Positions 9,084 through 21,771 of a stretch of DNA of 64,000 bases are shown piece by piece. The notes beneath the pieces are model-generated. The model was given only the letters and a program-made list of their open reading frames with translations. It had not been told where the DNA came from and did not search any database. This DNA comes from an uncultured Solibacteraceae bacterium (GTDB taxonomy: Bacteria > Acidobacteriota > Terriglobia > Bryobacterales > Bryobacteraceae): positions 7,143 to 71,142 of the forward strand of contig CAZLOS010000011.1 of NCBI GenBank assembly GCA_964561215.1, given 5' to 3'. A program made the position numbers and the translations under genes. Numbering within the stretch: the stretch's first letter is position 1; each line of letters begins with the position of its first letter.

Positions 9084-9749
9084 ATGGCGAAGATTCGAAT
9101 CCTATTGGCGGACGACCACACGTTATTCCGTCAGGGTATGAAAACGCTGATTTCCGCGGAAGCCGACATGGAAGTCCTGGGCGAAGCTTCCAACGGCGGC
9201 GATGCCATTGATCGAGCTGCCGAATTGCGGCCGGACGTTGTGCTGATGGACATCGGCATGCCAGGCCTCAGCAGCTTTGAAGCCACGCGGCAAATCAAGA
9301 AGAACCGTCCCGAAACCCGTGTCGTCTTCCTCACCATGTACGACGACGAGGATTACCTGGTCGAAGGCATGGAGGCGGGCGCCAGCGGTTATGTGCTGAA
9401 AGACTCCCCCGCCGCCCAACTGCTGGCCGCGGTGCGCGATGTCTGCCGCGGTGGCAGCTATCTCAGTCCCCGCATGCTGGCCCAATTAGTGGACGACTTC
9501 CGCTCCCGGATCAAGTCCGCCAACCGCCTGCCTCGTTTCGCCACGCTCACGACGCGCGAAAAGGAAGTCCTGAAGATGCTGGCTGAGGGCAACTCGGTCA
9601 AGGAGATCGCCTGCGACCTCAACCTGAGCGTAAAGACCGTCGAGGCTCACAAGTTCAACCTGATGCGCAAACTCGATATCCACAACAAAGCGCAACTGGT
9701 CCAGTACGCCATTCAAAAGAAAATCATCAAGATCCCGAACCTGGTCTAG
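9084..9749 (+). CDS. NarL/FixJ-family response regulator (receiver + LuxR HTH)
   Basis: Receiver motifs ILLADDH and VVLMDIGMPG. LuxR HTH LTTREKEVLKMLAEGNSVKEIACDLNLSVKTVEAHKFNLMRKL. Confidence 0.9.
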   Translation: MAKIRILLADDHTLFRQGMKTLISAEADMEVLGEASNGGDAIDRAAELRPDVVLMDIGMPGLSSFEATRQIKKNRPETRVVFLTMYDDEDYLVEGMEAGASGYVLKDSPAAQLLAAVRDVCRGGSYLSPRMLAQLVDDFRSRIKSANRLPRFATLTTREKEVLKMLAEGNSVKEIACDLNLSVKTVEAHKFNLMRKLDIHNKAQLVQYAIQKKIIKIPNLV

Positions 9750-9786
9750 CATACTTTCCGCTCCGGATTCGATGTAGAATCGTTCC

Positions 9787-10704
9787 GTGGCCCACTGTTA
9801 TACGCGCCGGAGTGTCTTCGCGGCCTTGACTGCTGCATCTCTTTCCGCCTCCGCCCGAAGGCCCATCCGCTTCGGCGGTCCCATATTCCTCAAGAGCGAC
9901 GATCCCGGCGAGCTCGCGCGCGAGCATCGCCGCCTGGGTTACAGCGCCGCCTTTTGCCCCGGAGTAAAGCTCCAGGAAACGGAAAAGATCCGCGCCACCG
10001 AAAAAGAGTTCGCGGCCCACAACGTCGCCATCGCGGAGGTGGGCGCGTGGAACAATATGCTGGATTCGGATCCGGCCAAGCGCGAGGCGAACCTGAAGTA
10101 CGTCACCGAACGGCTGGCCCTGGCCGACGAGGTGGGCGCCCGCTGCGCCGTGAACATCGCCGGCTCTTACAATCCCAAGATCTGGTACGGCCCGCACAAG
10201 AGGAATTTCTCCCGCGAGTTTTTCGACGCGACGGTGGAGAACGTCCGCCGCGTCATTGACGCGGTCAAGCCCAAGCGGGCCAGGTTCGCCCTGGAAATGA
10301 TGGGCTGGGCCCTGCCGAGCGGCCCGGATGAGTACCTCGATCTCATCAAGGCCGTCGGCCGCAAGGGTTTCGGCGTCCACCTGGACGTCTGCAACGGGAT
10401 CAACTCGCCGGCCCGTTTCTACGCGAACGCCGCCTTCATCCAGGAGTGTTTTCGCAAGCTGGGCCCTCACATCGTTTCCTGCCACGCCAAGGACCTTGAA
10501 TGGGTGGTCGAGTTGAATGTCCACTTCAAAGAGGTGATCCCCGGGCGTGGCGAAATAGACTATCGAGCTTACCTTCTCGGCATGGCGGGCCTCCCCAACG
10601 ATGCCCCTCTCATGATGGAGCACCTCAAGGGCGCCGCCGAGTACGATGAGGCGCGCAATTATATCTTCAAGGTCGGCCGTGAACTCGGTCTGGCTTTTGC
10701 ATAA
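9787..10704 (+). CDS. Sugar phosphate isomerase/epimerase-like (xylose isomerase-like TIM barrel) protein, probably exported
   Basis: GTG start. N-terminus RRSVFAALTAASLSASA looks like a Tat/Sec signal. Overall TIM-barrel AP-endonuclease-2-like pattern. GC3-rich frame. Confidence 0.7.
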   Translation: MAHCYTRRSVFAALTAASLSASARRPIRFGGPIFLKSDDPGELAREHRRLGYSAAFCPGVKLQETEKIRATEKEFAAHNVAIAEVGAWNNMLDSDPAKREANLKYVTERLALADEVGARCAVNIAGSYNPKIWYGPHKRNFSREFFDATVENVRRVIDAVKPKRARFALEMMGWALPSGPDEYLDLIKAVGRKGFGVHLDVCNGINSPARFYANAAFIQECFRKLGPHIVSCHAKDLEWVVELNVHFKEVIPGRGEIDYRAYLLGMAGLPNDAPLMMEHLKGAAEYDEARNYIFKVGRELGLAFA

Positions 10705-10717
10705 GGAGGAATCAAAC

Positions 10718-11575
10718 ATGCAACGTCGTGAATTCCTGGCGGTGACAGCCGCCTCGGTGGCCGCGGCCCAAACCGGTGGCACACGGCTGCCTATCAAGAA
10801 GGGGATGCTGTACAGCATGCTGCCCAAGAATCTCAGCGTCTATGACCGCTTTAAGCTGGCCAAGGATGTGGGGTTCGAAGAGATGGAGGTGGGCACCGTT
10901 ACCAGCGAGAAGGACGCCGAGGAGATCAAGAAAGCCTCCGAAGCCACCCAGATGCCCATCCATTCCGTCATGAACATGGCGCACTGGAAGTATCCGCTTT
11001 CGTCGGGCGACTGGACCGTGGTGGCCGAAAGCGTCAAGGGCATGGAGGCGAGTCTCCATGACGCCAAGCTGTGGGGCGCCAGCGCCGTTCTCCTGGTCCC
11101 GGGAGTGGTAAACCCGCAGACCAGTTATAAGGACGCCTGGGAGCGGTCGCAGAAAGAGATTAAGAAACTGATTCCCCTTGCCGCCAAGCTGAAGGTGGTC
11201 ATCGCCGTCGAGGACGTTTGGAACAAGTTCCTGTTGAGCCCGCTCGAATTCGCGCGTTACGTAGACGAGTTCAAGAGCCCCTGGGTCCGCGCCTACTTCG
11301 ACGTCGGCAACATCGTCTTCTACGGCTATCCCCAGGACTGGATCCGCACGCTCGGCAAGCGCATCGCTAAGCTGCACCTCAAGGATTTCAAGTTCGAGAA
11401 GGGCCGCGTCGATTTCACTCCCCTGCGCGAAGGCGCTATCGACTGGCAGGAAGTCTACCGCGCGCTGAAGGAGATCGGCTACCAGGGCACGGCCACGGTC
11501 GAACTCGCCGGCGGCGACGAAGCTTACCTCAAGGAAGTGAGCCACCGCGTCGATCTCATCCTGACCGGAGCATAG
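10718..11575 (+). CDS. Sugar phosphate isomerase/epimerase-like TIM barrel protein with Tat-type signal
   Basis: ATG at 10718 is preceded by AAGGAGGA (10703-10710). N-terminus MQRREFLAVTAASVAAAQ. I rejected the longer track start at 10646. Confidence 0.75.
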   Translation: MQRREFLAVTAASVAAAQTGGTRLPIKKGMLYSMLPKNLSVYDRFKLAKDVGFEEMEVGTVTSEKDAEEIKKASEATQMPIHSVMNMAHWKYPLSSGDWTVVAESVKGMEASLHDAKLWGASAVLLVPGVVNPQTSYKDAWERSQKEIKKLIPLAAKLKVVIAVEDVWNKFLLSPLEFARYVDEFKSPWVRAYFDVGNIVFYGYPQDWIRTLGKRIAKLHLKDFKFEKGRVDFTPLREGAIDWQEVYRALKEIGYQGTATVELAGGDEAYLKEVSHRVDLILTGA

Positions 11576-11663
11576 AAACCACTCTCGGGCATGGGGCCGC
11601 GGGACAGGCGCCCTCCGTGCCGGTTGTCTCGCGCACCCACGCCCGAGCGGTTACCATCGAGGT

Positions 11664-13382
11664 ATGAAGAAGTTTCTCTTGGGCCTCGCTTCCGGCGTCC
11701 TGCTCGCTTTCCTGGCCATCCTGATCGTAGTTGCCGCGCTCGCCCGTCTGGGCAGCCGCCCTCCCTCGGTAGCCGATAGCTCCACCCTCGTCCTGAAGCT
11801 CAGCGGTGAGATTGCCGAGCGGACTCCCTCGGAAATTCCCCTGCCCTTTTTTGAGAGCCAGTCTCCCTTCACCACGCGCGAAGTCTGGGAGATGCTGCGC
11901 AAAGCCGCGGTCGACGATCGCATCAAGGCCGTGGTGCTGATGCCTCGCTCGATCGACGCCGGCTGGGGCAAGCTCGAGGAGATCCGCGGCGCCCTCACCG
12001 CCTACCGCCGTAGCGGCAAGCCCCTGGTCGCTTACCTGCGTTCGGCCGGGACCCGCGAGTACTATCTGGCGACGGCCGCGGACCGCATCGCCATGGCGCC
12101 CGAAGACCTGCTGGACGTGAAAGGCCTGCGCATCGAACGGACGTACTTCCGCGGGACGCTGGACAAGTTGGGCGTACAGGTGGACATTGAGCACGCCGGC
12201 AAGTACAAAGACTACGGCGATCAGTATGCCCGCACCTCGATGGGTCCCGAATCCAAGGAGGTTCTGAACTCCATCCTGGACGACCTCTACGGCCGCATGA
12301 CCGCAACGCTCGCCGGGTCCCGGAAGAAGAGCCCCGCCGAAATGCGGGCCATGATCGACGAAGGCCCCTTTCTTTCGAGCGACGCCCTGGCCAAAGGCCT
12401 CGTGGACGCGCTCGAGTATGAGGATCAGACCTACGACGCCCTCGCCCGCCGCGTGAAGGTCCAGCCCCTCAAGAAAATCTCTGCGCGAGACTACTCCAAA
12501 GTGAGCGCCGCGTCTGTCGGCCTGGAAGGCCCTCACCGCATCGCGCTGATCGCCGCGGAGGGCGACATCTTGCAGTCCTACGGCGGCCCCTTTGACGACG
12601 AGGCGATTACGCCCGGCGGCATGACAAAGCTACTCCGCGAAGTGGCGGAGGATCCGTCCATCAAGGGCGTAATCCTGCGCATCGATTCGCCGGGCGGCGA
12701 TGCGCTGGCCTCCGATCAAATCTGGCGCGAAGCGAACCTCCTTGGCAGGAAAAAACCGATGGTCGTCTCCATGTCCGACCTCGCCGCCAGCGGCGGTTAT
12801 TACATGGCCATGACCGGCGACCCCGTCCTCGCCTACCCGAACACCCTCACAGGTTCCATCGGCGTCCTTTACGGCCGTGTGAATCTGCGCGGGCTTTACG
12901 GAAAGCTGGGTATCACGAAGGACTCGCTGGCGCGAGGCCGGTTCGCCCAGATCGACAGCGAGTACATTCCCCTGACACCTGAAGGCAGGGAAAAGATCCG
13001 CCGGAGCGTGGAGGCGAACTATCACGGCTTCGTCACGCGCGTCGCCGAGTCGCGCCGGCGTAAGTACGAAGAGATCGAGCCGCTGGCGCAAGGCCGCGTG
13101 TGGCTGGGCAGCCAGGCCCGCGAGCGCGGCCTGGTGGACGAGTTGGGTGGCCTGGACCGCGCCATCGAGCTCGTGAAGCAGAAAGCACGCATTCCGAAGG
13201 ACCAGAAGATCAGGCTGATCGACTACCCGGGCAAGCGCACCATCGTCGATTGGGTGCTCGAACGCGAGCGCGCCGCCGCCATCGAGCCGCGCCTCGCCGC
13301 ACTCCTGAAGCAGGTCCACGCGGCGCTGTGGATGCGCGGCGGCCTCATGCGCGTGATGCCTTATTCGATTACGGTGCGGTAA
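11664..13382 (+). CDS. sppA: Signal peptide peptidase SppA, 67K (two S49 domains) type
   Basis: N-terminal TM anchor, duplicated ClpP/S49-like halves and the SDLAASGGYYMAM serine region. Confidence 0.85.
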   Translation: MKKFLLGLASGVLLAFLAILIVVAALARLGSRPPSVADSSTLVLKLSGEIAERTPSEIPLPFFESQSPFTTREVWEMLRKAAVDDRIKAVVLMPRSIDAGWGKLEEIRGALTAYRRSGKPLVAYLRSAGTREYYLATAADRIAMAPEDLLDVKGLRIERTYFRGTLDKLGVQVDIEHAGKYKDYGDQYARTSMGPESKEVLNSILDDLYGRMTATLAGSRKKSPAEMRAMIDEGPFLSSDALAKGLVDALEYEDQTYDALARRVKVQPLKKISARDYSKVSAASVGLEGPHRIALIAAEGDILQSYGGPFDDEAITPGGMTKLLREVAEDPSIKGVILRIDSPGGDALASDQIWREANLLGRKKPMVVSMSDLAASGGYYMAMTGDPVLAYPNTLTGSIGVLYGRVNLRGLYGKLGITKDSLARGRFAQIDSEYIPLTPEGREKIRRSVEANYHGFVTRVAESRRRKYEEIEPLAQGRVWLGSQARERGLVDELGGLDRAIELVKQKARIPKDQKIRLIDYPGKRTIVDWVLERERAAAIEPRLAALLKQVHAALWMRGGLMRVMPYSITVR

Positions 13383-13395
13383 CCGGACCCCTGCT

Positions 13396-14484
13396 ATGAA
13401 GATCGCCATCCTGGGCACCCGCGGAATTCCAGCCTCTTACGGCGGCTTCGAGACGTTCGCCGAAGAATTGTCGCGCCGCCTCGCCGCGCGCGGCCACGAC
13501 GTCGTCGTGTATTGCCGCTCCCGCTGCGCCGGGCCGGAGTACCTCGGGGTGCGGCTCCGCTACCTGCCCACTGTCCGCCATAAGTATCTGGATACAGTTT
13601 TTCACACCTGTTTATCCAGCATAGACCTTCTGTGTCGTCGCCCCGACGCCGCCCTTTTCTGTAACGCCGCTAACGCTCTGTTCACGTTCGTCCCGCGCCT
13701 CACCGGTATTCCCTGCGCGCTGAATGTGGACGGCCTGGAACGCAAGCGCCGCAAGTGGGGATGGGCGGGCCGCGCCTGGTACCGTGTTTCGGAATGGATC
13801 GCCACCTGGGCGCCGACGGAGGTGGTGAGCGACGCCCGGGAAATCGCCGCCTATTACCAAAAGCGCTATGGACGCCGGACACACTTCATTCCGTACGGCG
13901 CTGAGACGGGCCCGGTGCCGGCCCAGGAGACTCTCGGCCGGCTGCACCTCGTACCGGGGCGCTATTTCCTGTACGTGAGCCGCCTCGAACCGGAGAACAA
14001 CGCCCTGGAGGTCCGCCAGGTGTTTGAAACCGTCGACACGGATCTGCGCCTGGCGCTCGTCGGCGACGCGCCCTATTCGGCCGATTACATCCGCCGCGTG
14101 CGCGACACAACCGACCCGCGCATCGTGATGCCCGGCGCCATCTACGGGCAGGGATACCACGAGCTGCAATCCCACTGCTTCGCGTACATTCACGCCACCG
14201 AGGTCGGCGGCACGCACCCCGCCCTCATCGAGGCCATGGGCCGTGGAGCGCTGGTGCTCTATCTCAGCACTCCGGAGAATGAGGAGGTTGCCGGCGGGGC
14301 GGGCATCGCTTTTACACACAGCACCCTCGCCGAAACCATGAAGTCGGTTCTCGCCATGCCCGAAAGCGAGCGAGCTGAGCTTCGCCGCCGAGCCGCCGAC
14401 CGCGTGCTCCAACGCTACAGTTGGGACGCCGTCACCGGTGCCTATGAGAAGCTCTTTACTGAAATGCGCAACCGCCGGCCGTAG
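13396..14484 (+). CDS. Glycosyltransferase family 4 (DUF1972-type N-terminus)
   Basis: MKIAILGTRGIPASYGGFETFAEEL is typical of DUF1972 rhamnosyl/glycosyltransferases. C-terminal GT1 fold motif EVGGTHPALIEAMG. Confidence 0.8.
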   Translation: MKIAILGTRGIPASYGGFETFAEELSRRLAARGHDVVVYCRSRCAGPEYLGVRLRYLPTVRHKYLDTVFHTCLSSIDLLCRRPDAALFCNAANALFTFVPRLTGIPCALNVDGLERKRRKWGWAGRAWYRVSEWIATWAPTEVVSDAREIAAYYQKRYGRRTHFIPYGAETGPVPAQETLGRLHLVPGRYFLYVSRLEPENNALEVRQVFETVDTDLRLALVGDAPYSADYIRRVRDTTDPRIVMPGAIYGQGYHELQSHCFAYIHATEVGGTHPALIEAMGRGALVLYLSTPENEEVAGGAGIAFTHSTLAETMKSVLAMPESERAELRRRAADRVLQRYSWDAVTGAYEKLFTEMRNRRP

Positions 14485-14496
14485 CCCGTCGCGCGC

Positions 14497-18085
<3,589 letters not shown>

Positions 18086-18320
18086 CAGGGTGCGCCTCCA
18101 TACTTGCTGTTCCCTCGTACTATATAACTTTTAAAGAACCAGAATAAGATGGCCTGTTGAAATGTCGAAATCTCTCTAAATTATACAAAATCCATGCCAT
18201 TGCTGTCCCTACCGGATGTGGAAGGAGTTTGCTTCCAAGTAGCGTTGCGCGGCAGCTCTCCGGTCATCCACAGGTTTCCAGAGGGCGTTTCTCGACGTCT
18301 TTGTGGAAAACATAATAAGT
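18086..18320. other. Candidate oriC segment / dnaN promoter region (dnaA-dnaN spacer)
   Basis: AT-rich tract 18121-18200. DnaA-box-like 9-mers TGTGGAAGG (18217-18225), TCATCCACA (18264-18272) and TGTGGAAAA (18302-18310). Confidence 0.4.
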
Positions 18321-19643
18321 CTAATTGAATGAATCGATTATACTGTGGACGAGACGGTTGAAATCGGGATCCTTCTGTCTCATGCCGTCAATCTTCTGGA
18401 CCGAGTGCAGGACGGTGGTGTGGTGCTTGCCTCCGAAGGCCCGTCCAATCTCCGGCAACGACGCGGAGGTAAGCTCCTTTACCACGTACATAGCTACCTG
18501 CCGTGGGAAAGAAATACTATGTGCGTTGGTCTTCTGCTTCAACTGGGAGAACTGAAGGCCGTACTTCTCCGCTACAGCCCTTTGGATGGCTTCTATAGTG
18601 ATTCTCCGCTCCTGGGGATGAATCAGGTACTTCAGCGCCTGTTGAGCCATGCCTAAAGTAATTGGAGACCCTGTGACGGAGGCGTAGGCAATCAGCTTGA
18701 TCAGCGCGCCTTCCAACTCACGAACGTTAGACTTGGTTTTCGTGGCAATCCAGATACGGACATCGGAGGGCAACTCGATTCCCTCGACGTCTGCTTTCTT
18801 GTCCAGAATTGCCATCTTCGTCTCGAGGTCCGGCGGTTGGACATCTACAATCAGGCCCCACTCAAAACGCGAACGGACGCGTTCCACGAGACCAGGTATA
18901 TTTTTCGGACTGGAATCGCTCGAAATCACAATCTGCTTCTGGTGGTCGTAAAGCTCGTTGAAAGTGTGGAAGAACTCTTCCTGTGTACGCTCCTTCCCCG
19001 CAAGAGTGTGCACATCGTCAACCAGCAGAATGTCCGCTTGGCGGTAATGCTGGTGAAAAAGAGGCAAGCGGTCGAGCTTGATGCAGTTGACCATCTCGTT
19101 CATGAAACGTTCACCTGAAGTGTACGCAATACGCATGCCAGAGAAATTATCCAGCAGGCTTCGCCCAATAGCATGCATCAGGTGCGTCTTGCCCATTCCC
19201 ACGCCGCCATAGATGAACAGCGGGTTGTATGAGCGCGACGGCATTGTGGCAACGGCCTTCGCAGCCGCATGAGCAAACTGGTTGCACGACCCGACAACAA
19301 AATTGTCGAAGGTGAACTTGGGATTCAGTTGGCTTCCAGGGCTTTGGAAAACAATCTCTCGTGAAGGCGTTGCACTCAGCGTAGCAACTACCGGAGCGTC
19401 CACGTGAGCCCCATTCACCTGGTAGAAGACGTCCTGTAGACCCAAACCAAGCTCCGCGACTACGGCACGGACCCGGCCCGCGTATTCCTTCTCCATCCAC
19501 TCCTTCGTAGCCTCATCGGGAACCGATACCCAGATTCGGGATGGTTCCGCCCGGAGCAAGGATGTTGTCGCAATCCAGTTCTGATAGCTCTCGGCACTCA
19601 CCTGAGCCGATAGCCGTTGTTTGATTGAATCCCACGCATTCAT
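18321..19643 (-). CDS. dnaA: Chromosomal replication initiator DnaA
   Basis: Walker A GGVGMGKTHLMHAIG, AAA+ core and C-terminal DNA-binding helix HTTVLHSVQKI. ATG 19643 preferred over TTG 19661. Confidence 0.95.
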   Translation of the reverse strand: MNAWDSIKQRLSAQVSAESYQNWIATTSLLRAEPSRIWVSVPDEATKEWMEKEYAGRVRAVVAELGLGLQDVFYQVNGAHVDAPVVATLSATPSREIVFQSPGSQLNPKFTFDNFVVGSCNQFAHAAAKAVATMPSRSYNPLFIYGGVGMGKTHLMHAIGRSLLDNFSGMRIAYTSGERFMNEMVNCIKLDRLPLFHQHYRQADILLVDDVHTLAGKERTQEEFFHTFNELYDHQKQIVISSDSSPKNIPGLVERVRSRFEWGLIVDVQPPDLETKMAILDKKADVEGIELPSDVRIWIATKTKSNVRELEGALIKLIAYASVTGSPITLGMAQQALKYLIHPQERRITIEAIQRAVAEKYGLQFSQLKQKTNAHSISFPRQVAMYVVKELTSASLPEIGRAFGGKHHTTVLHSVQKIDGMRQKDPDFNRLVHSIIDSFN

Positions 19644-19661
19644 AACATACCGCCACAACAA

Positions 19662-19963
19662 AGCTACCGCTCAAGATTCCCACAGGTTTTGCACATCTGT
19701 GGAAATCAACCCGGGGACGGTGGCTTGTTCGGAATCTTGGACCGTCTATGGAGGGCCAGCCCCTGCGAGTCAGCCTCACTATGTCCAACGGAAGGATAGT
19801 CTAACACACTTCCAGCGAGGTGTGTCCATCAATAACAGAACATTTTATCTCGTTATTTATCTGTATGTTGGCTAGGATAGAAACTTTACTACTATGGTAG
19901 TAAAACAAGTTCTTTCAAATACGTTTAAGCCTTCGGAATCGCCTCCGGCTTTGCCTGACCAGC
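19662..19963. promoter_or_regulatory. dnaA upstream region: candidate promoter and second oriC candidate
   Basis: DnaA-box-like ATTCCCACA (19676-19684) and TGTGGAAAT (19698-19706). AT-rich stretch about 19831-19930. Confidence 0.4.
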
Positions 19964-20503
19964 CTAGCCCACCAGACGTGCCCCTGCGTCCGCATCGGCA
20001 TAGGAAGCGACCAACTGCCCGAAGTAGTAGCGGTGGAAATTGCCACCGGGGTAGCACTCATCGCGAACCTCGGGAATGAGCAGGTCGGGACGCATGTCAC
20101 ATCGATGCACGATCCGGCATTCGTAGTGAATTACACACTGCCCGATGATCGGCGGGGCCACCTCGCGGCTCTGGACAGCATCGAGGTTCATCTCCAGGAA
20201 CTTATCATGGGTGACTCCTGAAACCGTGCCGCAGTGTTTCGCAGCTTCGGCCAACTCCGCCGGTGGCACGTTGACGGTGAACTCCGGGACTTCCTCCAGC
20301 AGTTTGTAGGTGAAGCGGGTCGGCCGCACCATGACCGTGAACACCGGCCTTCCCCACATGATGCCTATGGCACCCCAGCCAATCGTCATCACGTTTGGCT
20401 TGCCCGCGCGGCCTGCCGAGACGAGAAGCAACCCGTCCTCCCGCATCCTCTGCAGAGTCTCGGAGTAGTAGTCTGTAAAACGGATTGCTTGCTTTGTCAT
20501 CAT
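19964..20503 (-). CDS. Flavin reductase-like (FMN-binding split-barrel) protein
   Basis: 179 aa. Segment KPNVMTIGWGAIG and overall length resemble flavin reductase family proteins. Confidence 0.6.
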   Translation of the reverse strand: MMTKQAIRFTDYYSETLQRMREDGLLLVSAGRAGKPNVMTIGWGAIGIMWGRPVFTVMVRPTRFTYKLLEEVPEFTVNVPPAELAEAAKHCGTVSGVTHDKFLEMNLDAVQSREVAPPIIGQCVIHYECRIVHRCDMRPDLLIPEVRDECYPGGNFHRYYFGQLVASYADADAGARLVG

Positions 20504-20533
20504 TCGTGCTCCTGTTCCCTATTGAAGCAAATC

Positions 20534-20995
20534 CTACAGACCTGCAAAGAACCGAACCAGGATAATTGCCGCCAGGGTGGCGCCCACCACCGCTCCAACG
20601 GACAGGATTGGCCTCCATCGGAGAGACCGTTCAGGAGAGAATTGCGGATTCCCCGTGGCAGGCTCACCGCTGACCGTCCTGACCTCGACAGCCATCCGGT
20701 AACCCTTCTTCGGCACCGTCTCGACATACAAAGCTCCGCCTGGCGCCACGCCAAGCGCCTTACGTATCAGAGAAACCGTCTGCGCCAGGTTGGCCTCCTC
20801 GACGTGCGTGTCCGGCCAGATGGATCGCATAAGGTCGGCTCTTTCCACAAGACGCCTATTCGCAGCCACCAGAGCCACCAGCAGGTCGAATGCCTTGGGC
20901 GAAAGGTGAACCGGTTGCCCTGCATGCCAGAGACGGTGTTCGCTCGGCACCAGGATAAAAGGACCGAACTCATACGACACGGTGGGTGTTTGCAT
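20534..20995 (-). CDS. Membrane-anchored winged-helix (OmpR/CadC/ToxR-type) transcriptional regulator
   Basis: Trans_reg_C pattern LSPKAFDLLVALV...LIRKAL...VETVPKKGYR. C-terminal TM segment ILSVGAVVGATLAAIILV. No receiver domain. Confidence 0.7.
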   Translation of the reverse strand: MQTPTVSYEFGPFILVPSEHRLWHAGQPVHLSPKAFDLLVALVAANRRLVERADLMRSIWPDTHVEEANLAQTVSLIRKALGVAPGGALYVETVPKKGYRMAVEVRTVSGEPATGNPQFSPERSLRWRPILSVGAVVGATLAAIILVRFFAGL

Positions 20996-21184
20996 AATCG
21001 GGCATCTTTAGGTTTTCGTCAACAAGACCTGACACCTTCTTGAGACGCTTTTGCCGGGTAATGCCCCTAGTATCGTGATGTGCAACTTGGTCCTGCCCAA
21101 TTTCCCAGTGTTGCGTATGCATCGATTATAGGCATAGCCGCGCCGGGAGGGGAAGGCTCGAAGCGCACTTCAACGAAAGAAAGG

Positions 21185-21619
21185 ATGGCTAGGAAGAGAA
21201 TGCTACGAAAAACCATGACAGTCTTTGCCGGTGTCTGCCTGCTGGCGGCAAGCACGATGTTGTCCCAGAACCACGGAGCCCTGAGAGTGAAAGTCCCCTT
21301 CCAGTTCAACCTGAAGGACGCGCAACTTCCCTCAGGGGAGTACGCGATTGAAAGAGGGCCCACTGGAGGCGTCGTGCTCACCTCTAAAAACGGCGCGATT
21401 CGCAAGGTGGTCATGGCCACCCCCATTGAATCCCCGACCACACGTCGTGACACACGCGTGATATTCCGGCGGTATGGCGACGATTACTTCCTCTCCCAGA
21501 TCTGGGTGCGGTCGGAGCACTGGGGATTTGAGATACCCGTCTCAAAGGCTGAACGGGATGTGATCGCACGCAACCAGCAAGCACGCGAGATGGAGCGCGT
21601 TGCTGTCTCAGCGCAGTGA
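21185..21619 (+). CDS. Small secreted hypothetical protein
   Basis: ATG 21185 follows a purine-rich stretch. Signal-like MARKRMLRKTMTVFAGVCLLAASTML. No recognisable domain. Confidence 0.5.
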   Translation: MARKRMLRKTMTVFAGVCLLAASTMLSQNHGALRVKVPFQFNLKDAQLPSGEYAIERGPTGGVVLTSKNGAIRKVVMATPIESPTTRRDTRVIFRRYGDDYFLSQIWVRSEHWGFEIPVSKAERDVIARNQQAREMERVAVSAQ

Positions 21620-21689
21620 TCGCCCGCCGCGAACCTGGTCAAATTGACAGAGGGTACGCCGCCGGGGGAGAATAGTAGCTGTTGGCAGG

Positions 21690-21765
<76 letters not shown>

Positions 21766-21771
21766 TTCTGC

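Noticed and set aside
10777-10790. TGGCACACGGCTGC, a sigma-54-like motif
   Set aside because: The GC element is offset by one position from the -24/-12 spacing, and the site lies inside a coding region just after the start codon.
9727-10827. 366-aa minus-strand ORF
   Set aside because: It lies antisense to two TIM-barrel genes that have signal peptides and an SD. No motifs were recognised.
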